20,805 nucleotides of DNA. It comes from an uncultured Candidatus Saccharibacteria bacterium. Lineage in GTDB: Bacteria; Patescibacteriota; Minisyncoccia; Phycocordibacterales; Phycocordibacteraceae. Shown here one piece after another: positions 6,358 to 12,373 of the stretch. The notes under the pieces were generated by a model. It was not told the origin of the DNA and did not search any database. It worked only from the letters and a program-made list of their open reading frames with translations. Location of the stretch: contig CAYHUW010000006.1 in assembly GCA_964359685.1 (NCBI GenBank), positions 1-20,805 of the forward strand, given 5' to 3'. Each line of letters begins with the position of its first letter. The first letter of the stretch is position 1. Both the position numbers and the translations under genes were made by a program.

Positions 6358-7328
6358 TACGTTATAGAGTCAATGAGTTTTCCGTTTTCGTCCAAGAGGC
6401 GGATTTGGTCGTGTGTATTGCCCCAGAGTTCCTGCTGACGGTTAAGGAAAATGCGCCATTCGTTTTTGTAGAAATCGGGGTCGTTTCTGTGTGCGGTCAC
6501 ACATCCGTTGTAGGTTAAGTCGTTCAAAATAAAGTCGCGGCACTGCGTCCCTACGTCAAACGGAATCGCTTCGGAAAAAATTTCGCACGCGCTTACCCGG
6601 TCCATGAAATCTATGCAGGCGACGTTCGTGCCGGTTTTCTGAGGGTTTTTGAGCGCTTCATCTTCCGGGTCCGGGCAATCCCGATCCAGTCCGGGGCTGA
6701 AGTCCTGGCGCTGTTCAAAGTATCCGGTGCAGGTATTGATACGGAATGAGGAGCCGTTCGGCGAACGCCCGGTAGTGATGTATATGACAGCGTCGGGACC
6801 TACAGAAACCGGTGTCTCCGTACTCACTCCGCCCAGAAAAGGAATTTGTGCGGCGGAACCGATCGGAGCTTTTATTGCGGTTGTTTTACTCTCCAGCACC
6901 CATCCTGTTACGGTGATGTTCCGTTCGAGGTCCCGGGTTGTTTCAATGCGCACGTACTCCTCATTCGGGTTGCCCGCGGTCGCCGTTTCGCGGTACAAGT
7001 CCACGTATTTCGCGTACGGAGAATCCGCGCCGGTGTCGGATCCGCCACCGGGCGAGTTGAAGAAATAATCCAGGAGCGATCTGCCGTCCCTCTCAATGTC
7101 CTCTATTTGAGCGGAGTCGGCTTCAAATGAACTGCCCTGGACTCTGCCGAGCCCCGTTTCTACGCTCGGCGCCTGCGGCGGTTTTAAAAACGGTCCTGCG
7201 TGGGAAAGCGGTCTGGTCGGCCCTCCCGTTGAGACCCACAGAATCCCGAGCAAGACCAGAAACAAAATAAAAACAATGAGCGTACCGAACGCACCGATTC
7301 CCCTCAACGCTTTTCGGGGTGTCTGCAT
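6354..7328 (-). CDS. N-terminally membrane-anchored extracellular protein with a lamin-tail-domain-like fold interrupted by a Cys-rich insert
   Basis: Has a TM anchor (GAFGTLIVFILFLVLLGILWV). NEEYVRIETT...NITVTGWVLES...VSVGPDAVIYITTG and the C-terminal HDQIRLLDENGKLIDSITY match the LTD pattern (NE[FY]VE..N....[LV]SGW.L ... D.[IV].L.D..G..[IV]D.[IV].Y). An insert of roughly 100 aa contains 7 Cys. Start 7328 (ATG) is preferred over TTG 7364 because TACACT lies 6 nt upstream of it. Confidence 0.5.
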   Translation of the reverse strand: MQTPRKALRGIGAFGTLIVFILFLVLLGILWVSTGGPTRPLSHAGPFLKPPQAPSVETGLGRVQGSSFEADSAQIEDIERDGRSLLDYFFNSPGGGSDTGADSPYAKYVDLYRETATAGNPNEEYVRIETTRDLERNITVTGWVLESKTTAIKAPIGSAAQIPFLGGVSTETPVSVGPDAVIYITTGRSPNGSSFRINTCTGYFEQRQDFSPGLDRDCPDPEDEALKNPQKTGTNVACIDFMDRVSACEIFSEAIPFDVGTQCRDFILNDLTYNGCVTAHRNDPDFYKNEWRIFLNRQQELWGNTHDQIRLLDENGKLIDSITY

Positions 7329-7334
7329 ACGCTT

Positions 7335-7340
7335 AGTGTA
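7335..7340 (-). promoter_or_regulatory. -10-like TACACT (minus strand) 6 nt upstream of the ATG at 7328
   Basis: The reverse complement of 7326-7342 reads ggTACACTaagcgtATG. Confidence 0.35.
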
Positions 7341-7374
7341 CCCCGCGGACGGCCCCGCATTCAAACGGTGTTTT

Positions 7375-8643
7375 CTAACCGGACTTCGGAAGCTTCTGCA
7401 GTTCCTCCCGGGTGATACGCGCGTCGCTCCACGGAGTTTTTTTGCCGTTCGCTTCCATAATATACGGGTCGGTTCCTTTGCCTGAAATCAAAACCGCATC
7501 CCCCGCGCGAGCCAAGCCAAGCGCGGCGCGTATCGCCTCGCGCCTATCCATAACGATACGCGGTTTTCTTTTCATACCGCCCGCCATTTCGTTCACAATG
7601 TTCCGTGGGTCTTCGTCGTACGGGTCTTCGTCCGTGAGTATCACTTCCGCGCACGCCTCGTCGGCAATCTTCCCCATTTCGGGGCGCTTCCAGGTGTCGC
7701 GTCCGCCGCCCGTGTTTCCGAGAACGCAGATTTTCCTTTTATTCGGATACGCGCCGTAGAGAGCGCGCAGCGAGTCGGGTGTGTGCGCGTAATCCACAAT
7801 GACCGAAAACGGCTGTCCTTCGTCTATTTTTTCCACACGCCCGGATATTTTTTCCATTTTTGAGAGTGCTTTGCCGATAGTTTTCGCATCAATACCGAGT
7901 TCAAACGCGAGTGTTGCCGCGGACAGAGCATTCAGTACTGAAAATTCGCCCGGGAACGGGATTTCAAAAGTCGTCCCGCGGAACGTGAGCGATGCTTTCC
8001 CGTCTCCGAAGGTGTACGGTGCGGCATCCGCAAGCGTGAAGGGGAGTTTTCTTTCAACCTGAAGCCCGAGCATACGCGCGCCCACTTCATCCTCCGGATT
8101 GGCGACGACGATACGCGGGCGTTTGTACGACGCGGCGAGCGTCCGCCCGATTTCCGTTTTGATATTTTTGTAGTTTTCGTAGGAGCCGTGCGATTCAATG
8201 TGTTCCGGCTGAATGTTGGTAAATACGAGCGCATTTAAAAAGACGCCCGCGTCCCGGAACTGCACCGCGCCCTCGGACGTCAGTTCAACGACTGCATGCG
8301 TGCAGTCGGCCGTAACCGCTTCCGCGAGGACCTTTTGCAGATACCCGCGTCCCTGCATCGTCATTTTAAATAGGTTCGGACGGGACTCACGGCCTGTTTT
8401 GAAACGAATAGTGGACGCAAGCGCCGTGCGGTATCCGGCTTCCTCAAGAATGGCATTTACCATCTCCGCCGTTGATGATTTTCCTTTTGTCCCGGTGATA
8501 CCGATGACGAATAATTTTCGTGCGGGCAGTCCGTAGACAAGCGCCGCTCCCCATCCGAAGAGGAAATGGTATGCGGTTATAAGCACTTTGAGTAAAGCGC
8601 GCGGGAGAATTTTTTTGACTGCGTTTTTAAGCGTCGTGAGCAC
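7375..8643 (-). CDS. murE: Mur ligase family protein, MurE-like (UDP-MurNAc-tripeptide synthetase type)
   Basis: 422 aa. Contains the ATP-binding loop GITGTKGKSST, VDYAHTPDSL, and GNTGGGRDTWKRPEMGKIA...ILTDEDP. It has an N-terminal hydrophobic segment instead of a full MurE N-domain. GTG start, 8 nt after the ruvA stop. Confidence 0.75.
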   Translation of the reverse strand: MLTTLKNAVKKILPRALLKVLITAYHFLFGWGAALVYGLPARKLFVIGITGTKGKSSTAEMVNAILEEAGYRTALASTIRFKTGRESRPNLFKMTMQGRGYLQKVLAEAVTADCTHAVVELTSEGAVQFRDAGVFLNALVFTNIQPEHIESHGSYENYKNIKTEIGRTLAASYKRPRIVVANPEDEVGARMLGLQVERKLPFTLADAAPYTFGDGKASLTFRGTTFEIPFPGEFSVLNALSAATLAFELGIDAKTIGKALSKMEKISGRVEKIDEGQPFSVIVDYAHTPDSLRALYGAYPNKRKICVLGNTGGGRDTWKRPEMGKIADEACAEVILTDEDPYDEDPRNIVNEMAGGMKRKPRIVMDRREAIRAALGLARAGDAVLISGKGTDPYIMEANGKKTPWSDARITREELQKLPKSG

Positions 8644-8651
8644 GGTGTCGG

Positions 8652-9224
8652 TTATCTGTTTGCGTGCGAAGCAATCCGGATTGCTTCGCGTATGCGCGCT
8701 TCGGTGGTGCCCGTTTCTTTCGGTACCGCGCGGACCGCCTCGCGGGCCTCGCGTACGGAGTAACCTAAGCCCACCAGAGCATCAATGACGTCGCCGTCCG
8801 ACTCTCCGGCTCTTCTCACTTCACCGACCCCGATTTTTCCTTTCAGTTCCAGCACTATTTTCTCCGCGGTTTTTTTGCCGACCCCGTGCGCCTTTGACAG
8901 TCCCGCGGGATCGTTTGTTGCGATTGTTTTTTCAAGACTCGCCGTATCAACGGTGTTTAAAATGGCGAGCGCTGACTTGGGGCCGATGCCCGAGACCGAC
9001 AGGAGAAGTTCAAACCAATGAAGCTCGTCTTTTGTTTCAAACCCGTACAAATCCTGCGCATTTTCCCGAACGGCAAGGTGCGTCCAGAGGAATACGGAGT
9101 CGTTTTCGGAGACTTTCGCCAGCGTGGAAACAGGAACGGCAACACGGTACCCGACACCGCCGACCTCAATAACGACCGTATCGCGCAAGATCCCGCGCAC
9201 CGTACCTTTTAGGGAACCGATCAT
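8652..9224 (-). CDS. ruvA: Holliday junction branch-migration complex subunit RuvA
   Basis: 190 aa. Contains MIGSLKGTV...VIEVGGVGYRV and the helix-hairpin-helix region LLSVSGIGPKSALAIL...GVGKKTAEKIVLELK. Confidence 0.9.
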   Translation of the reverse strand: MIGSLKGTVRGILRDTVVIEVGGVGYRVAVPVSTLAKVSENDSVFLWTHLAVRENAQDLYGFETKDELHWFELLLSVSGIGPKSALAILNTVDTASLEKTIATNDPAGLSKAHGVGKKTAEKIVLELKGKIGVGEVRRAGESDGDVIDALVGLGYSVREAREAVRAVPKETGTTEARIREAIRIASHANR

Positions 9225-9230
9225 GCGTGA

Positions 9231-9236
9231 ATGATA
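9231..9236 (-). promoter_or_regulatory. -10-like TATCAT (minus strand) 6 nt upstream of the ruvA ATG
   Basis: The reverse complement of 9222-9238 reads gaTATCATtcacgcATG. Confidence 0.45.
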
Positions 9237-9424
9237 TCACTCGTGCCCGGTGAGCAGACTTTTGGCGTAATGGCGCTTCGCCCGCTCTTCTCGTGAAAAG
9301 AATTGCGGCAATAATGACGTTTGCGTCTGTATACATAAAATAACAGCGCCATAATAATGCGGTACGCCAAAAGCTCGCTACTGGGCTTGCGCTCCGCGAT
9401 ATTTCGGGGTACATTCCGTCAACA

Positions 9425-9691
9425 ATGGCAATAACAAAAGGGGCAAAGAAGGCACACCGCGCGTCCATGAGGAAGCGCGTATTCAATGTTCGCCGCAAGC
9501 GCGCAATGGCGGAATCGGTGAAAAGCGCACGCGGAACGGCGGGTAAAGACCGGGCAGGCCAGGCCGAGGCTTTGAAAGCGGCATACCAGGCGATTGATAA
9601 GGCACTGAAGCGCGGCGTTATAAAGAAAAATACGGCGGCACGAAAGAAAGCGCGCCTCTCGGCACTTTTGAAAAAGGCGTCCACGAAATAA
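9425..9691 (+). CDS. rpsT: 30S ribosomal protein S20
   Basis: 88 aa and highly basic. Contains KKAHRASMRKRVFNVRRK...AYQAIDKALKRGVIKKNTAARKKARL, as expected for S20. Confidence 0.9.
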   Translation: MAITKGAKKAHRASMRKRVFNVRRKRAMAESVKSARGTAGKDRAGQAEALKAAYQAIDKALKRGVIKKNTAARKKARLSALLKKASTK

Positions 9692-9694
9692 CTG

Positions 9695-10441
9695 ATGTCG
9701 GATTACGAAAGAGAAAAACGTCGATTAGATGCATTGAGGAGGGAAAGAGCTCCTAAGGAACGGAGCGATGAAGAAATTTTAGAATATCGCCGGCGCGAAC
9801 TCGCTTCTCTTATTGAAGCTAGAAGTCGCGTAGAGCATTTGAACGCCCTTTTGGTATGTCTTGAAAAAGAAAAACCGGCTCTTGAGAAAGACGGGCTGAA
9901 AGTTTTTGTTGAGTTTTTCCAGGAAAATATTATTGCTTCGTTGACCAAACTACTTTCGCTTAAAATGGACTCCGTTACGCGTGCTTATTTGACGCGTGAT
10001 ATCGATAAACCGTCAAAAACACCCTACTATCTAATTGGGGTAGAAAGAGAAATTCTTTCTACCAAGAAAGACAAATCGAGCGGGTTTTTCAGGTCTTTAT
10101 GGTCTTCAGAAACTCCCTCGGTGTATCGTCAGCGTCTCACCCCCCAAATATGGGTTTGCTCCCCGCCCGCGGCTGTAATTGAAGATGCGAAGGGCGGCGG
10201 CGGTAGAAGAGGCGAATATGTCTATCCAAAATACACATACAAAGTATACGAAGGCGTGCGCAAACCGTTGGGTGAAGAGACGGGAACGGTTTACCATGTA
10301 GTAAGTGGCGATTGGTCTAATGAACTCACAGAATGGAAGGGAACAGATAGTCCCGAAACGGCAGTGCATGATTTCGTTGCAAGGGTTGCCCTCGTTGAGA
10401 GACGGCGCATAGATCGGGAGAAGGCATCCTCCGCTACGTAG
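9695..10441 (+). CDS. Hypothetical protein (248 aa), no family recognised
   Basis: An ATG ORF 4 nt after the rpsT stop. It has a charged, coiled-coil-like N-terminus and no TM segment or catalytic motif that I recognise. The 5' half looks more A/T-rich than its neighbours by eye. Confidence 0.55.
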   Translation: MSDYEREKRRLDALRRERAPKERSDEEILEYRRRELASLIEARSRVEHLNALLVCLEKEKPALEKDGLKVFVEFFQENIIASLTKLLSLKMDSVTRAYLTRDIDKPSKTPYYLIGVEREILSTKKDKSSGFFRSLWSSETPSVYRQRLTPQIWVCSPPAAVIEDAKGGGGRRGEYVYPKYTYKVYEGVRKPLGEETGTVYHVVSGDWSNELTEWKGTDSPETAVHDFVARVALVERRRIDREKASSAT

Positions 10442-10479
10442 GCGATTTGAGGCAAAGAGCACTGGCTTTTTCTAACTTT

Positions 10480-10631
10480 GTTTGTGGTCACGAATCACTA
10501 AGTATTTTACTCAACGTCTCGCAAAATACTAAGTGTTCTCGACCCCGACTCGCGATTTTTCTATGAAGAAAAACATCGCTCCGTCCAGCCCATGTAAACA
10601 AAAACAGCACTCAGGTGCTGTTTTTGAATCA
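10480..10631 (-). repeat. Copy 2 of the conserved tRNA-abutting non-coding module
   Basis: Blocks are GTTTGTGGTCAC (10480-10491), CAACGTCTCG (10512-10521, in the loop of a 13-bp imperfect hairpin spanning 10496-10535), CGACCCCGACTC (10540-10551), a hairpin tttttct-atga-agaaaaa (10556-10573) and ACATCGCTCCGTCC (10573-10586), followed by a terminal hairpin. Confidence 0.75.
10599..10626. terminator. Bidirectional intrinsic-terminator-like hairpin
   Basis: CAAAAACAGCAC-tcag-GTGCTGTTTTTG is a perfect 12-bp stem with A/T runs that supply a T tract on both strands. Confidence 0.6.
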
Positions 10632-10708
10632 TGTGCTCCCGGTACGTGTACGCCGAAAGATATCCCCTCGGTCATATATAAATAAATTTTATATATGACC
10701 CTCGTGTG
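10632..10708. repeat. Insertion-like segment between a 13-nt direct repeat of the tRNA-Arg 3' end, carrying an A/T-rich perfect hairpin
   Basis: TGTGCTCCCGGTA (10632-10644) versus TGTGCTCTCGGTA (10707-10719, the real tRNA 3' end) match at 12/13. Between them lies ggtcatatataa-ataaatt-ttatatatgacc (10670-10700), a 12-bp perfect inverted repeat. Confidence 0.6.
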
Positions 10709-10780
10709 TGCTCTCGGTAGGAATCGAACCTACATTACAAGCTCCGCAAGCTTGCGTCCTATCCATTGAACGACGAGAGC
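10709..10780 (-). tRNA. tRNA-Arg (anticodon GCG)
   Basis: The reverse complement folds as gctctcg tc gttc aatggata ggac g caagc TTGCGGA gcttg taat gtagg ttcgatt cctac cgagagc a. 72 nt, no encoded CCA. Confidence 0.8.
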
Positions 10781-10818
10781 GTTCTGCGAATGTACCACAA
10801 ACTTCGCAATCTTTGAAC

Positions 10819-11277
10819 CTAAAGCCCTATCGTCTTTGCCACCCGGTCCACCAGGGTATCAAGCTGGTCTTCCTCGGGGATATTGTGATTTTTCAACTCC
10901 ATTCTGACGGCACGGAAGTCTACTCCTTCAAGCGGAGCTTTTATGACACCGATGAGAGTTTTGCTTTCAATTGTTAAATGGCGGGGCTCGTCTTCCGATA
11001 TCGCGAAGCGGGTGATTTTTTCAAACGGAACCATATCTTTCCCGACCATAAATCCGCTCTCCGTTATGCTGTATGTATGTTTCGAGGGGCGCGCTGAGCC
11101 GACGAGCATGACGGTAAATCCGCCGATGACGCAGATGACCGCGAAAAGGTAGTTTTGGAGAATTACCGAAGCGATTGCGAGTCCGCCCGCCGCGATACCC
11201 ACCGCGTAGTACCAGGGGCGCTCTTTCTCCGTGCGTTCGTGTTCGTGCGCCTGCCATCTGACTACGATATGTTCCAT
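10819..11277 (-). CDS. Small 2-TM membrane protein with a cytoplasmic PH-like C-terminal part (WxAxE...WY N-terminal motif)
   Basis: 152 aa from the internal ATG at 11277: MEHIVVRWQAHEHERTEKERPWYYAVGIAAGGLAIASVIL..LFAVICVIGGFTVMLVG. A perfect TATAAT lies 6 nt upstream. The 283-aa form in the track would run antisense through the neighbouring gene. Confidence 0.65.
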   Translation of the reverse strand: MEHIVVRWQAHEHERTEKERPWYYAVGIAAGGLAIASVILQNYLFAVICVIGGFTVMLVGSARPSKHTYSITESGFMVGKDMVPFEKITRFAISEDEPRHLTIESKTLIGVIKAPLEGVDFRAVRMELKNHNIPEEDQLDTLVDRVAKTIGL

Positions 11278-11283
11278 GCTTTT

Positions 11284-11289
11284 ATTATA
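11284..11289 (-). promoter_or_regulatory. Consensus -10 TATAAT (minus strand) 6 nt upstream of the ATG at 11277; overlaps a + strand TATTAT (11283-11288) facing the AOX-like gene
   Basis: The reverse complement of 11275-11292 reads gggTATAATaaaagcATG. Confidence 0.55.
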
Positions 11290-11331
11290 CCCCTGCGGTG
11301 AGCGGAAAATCCTGATACCATACCTGTCTGT

Positions 11332-12039
11332 ATGGAACATGCGGACCCGAAGATGGAAGAGCTGGTCGCGAAACTGAACGACGAACGGGAACTCGCCGCG
11401 TTCAAAGCCAAGCATGACGGGTATGTTCCGGGGGCGGTTCCGCGATTCTTGGGGGCGCTTCTGGTGTTCTGCGGCAACGCCGTGTACGGAGTCAAACCGT
11501 CGTACCTGAAATTTCGCGCGGTTGAGGTTATCGCGCGCGTTCCGTACCACTCGTGGGAATCGGCGGCGTTCACGTTTCTCACTATGTTTTTCATGAATGA
11601 GAAAAAAGCCCTCGCACTCTCCAACGTGGCGTGGTTCGGCAGACTCGCGAGCGACAACGAAACAATGCACGTGGTCGTCATTTCCCAGCTCGCGAAGAAA
11701 GCCGAAAAATCAAACTGGTTCGTGCACACACTGATCCCGATGCTGTTCGCGTTCTTTTATTTCTGGGCGGCCTACTGGCTCTACCTTTTCAGTCACAAAG
11801 CGGCTCTGGAACTCAACTACCTGTTAGAACAGCACGCGTTTGACCAGTACTCGCAGTTTCTGAAGGAAAATGCTTCGGAGCTCCGGGAAAAGAGAATGGA
11901 GAGCGATTACCTCGCGTGGTACGGGAGAAAAGCGGAGACGGAATATGATTTTTTCCTCTCGGTCAGGAACGACGAAATCATACACCGCAACAATTCAATT
12001 ACTCACATTGAAACGGGGGTGGCTAAGAAAGTCGTTTGA
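11332..12039 (+). CDS. Alternative oxidase / plastid terminal oxidase (AOX/PTOX)-family membrane-bound di-iron carboxylate quinol oxidase homolog
   Basis: 235 aa. It runs collinear with PTOX/AOX landmarks: AVEVIARVPYHSW (cf. LETIARVPYF), ASDNETMHVVV (cf. NE[RM]MHL, ExxH), SNWFVHTLIPMLFAFFYFWAAYWLYLFS...ELNYLLEQHAFDQYSQFLK (cf. LEEEA..HY/TY) and VRNDEIIHRNNS (cf. R.DEA.H, the second ExxH). This gives the E / ExxH / E / ExxH ligand pattern. Confidence 0.8.
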   Translation: MEHADPKMEELVAKLNDERELAAFKAKHDGYVPGAVPRFLGALLVFCGNAVYGVKPSYLKFRAVEVIARVPYHSWESAAFTFLTMFFMNEKKALALSNVAWFGRLASDNETMHVVVISQLAKKAEKSNWFVHTLIPMLFAFFYFWAAYWLYLFSHKAALELNYLLEQHAFDQYSQFLKENASELREKRMESDYLAWYGRKAETEYDFFLSVRNDEIIHRNNSITHIETGVAKKVV

Positions 12040-12367
12040 AATACGCGGCGACCTTTTCCACGTCAGCCATTATGGCGGATTTGAGTGCGGCGTCGTCGGC
12101 GAAGTCCGCGTGGTCGCGGACTTTTTCCAACAGTGAGAATACCGCTTCTTTTCCGTAGAGGTCTCCGGAAAAATCCAGCAGGTACGCTTCCAGAAGTTTC
12201 CGCCCCGCATCCCCGAAGATAGCCGCGCGGAACTCCGTACCGTCAACAAGGACGGTCCCCGCGTAGATACCCGTTACGACGTCCGCAATCCGCATGTTTG
12301 CGGTGGGGAATCCTAAGCCCGAAGCTTTTTTTGACCCCTCAATGATGATTCCTCGGTACGTCGCCAT
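12023..12367 (-). CDS. Monofunctional riboflavin kinase (RibF C-terminal-domain type)
   Basis: 114 aa. Contains GLGFPTANM, GIYAG, and LLEAYLLDFSGDLYGKEA...LLEKVRDHADFADDAALKSAIMADV, which matches the RibF kinase domain. Its 3' end overlaps the convergent AOX-like gene by 17 nt. Confidence 0.8.
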   Translation of the reverse strand: MATYRGIIIEGSKKASGLGFPTANMRIADVVTGIYAGTVLVDGTEFRAAIFGDAGRKLLEAYLLDFSGDLYGKEAVFSLLEKVRDHADFADDAALKSAIMADVEKVAAYFKRLS

Positions 12368-12373
12368 AGATAT

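Noticed and set aside
10819-11670. The 283-aa version of the minus-strand ORF, and the 155-aa ORF 11262-11729 (-).
   Set aside because: The upstream 131 codons run antisense through the motif-supported AOX/PTOX gene and translate to Arg-rich nonsense. The internal ATG at 11277 has a consensus TATAAT 6 nt upstream and begins the recognisable WxAxE..WY membrane protein.
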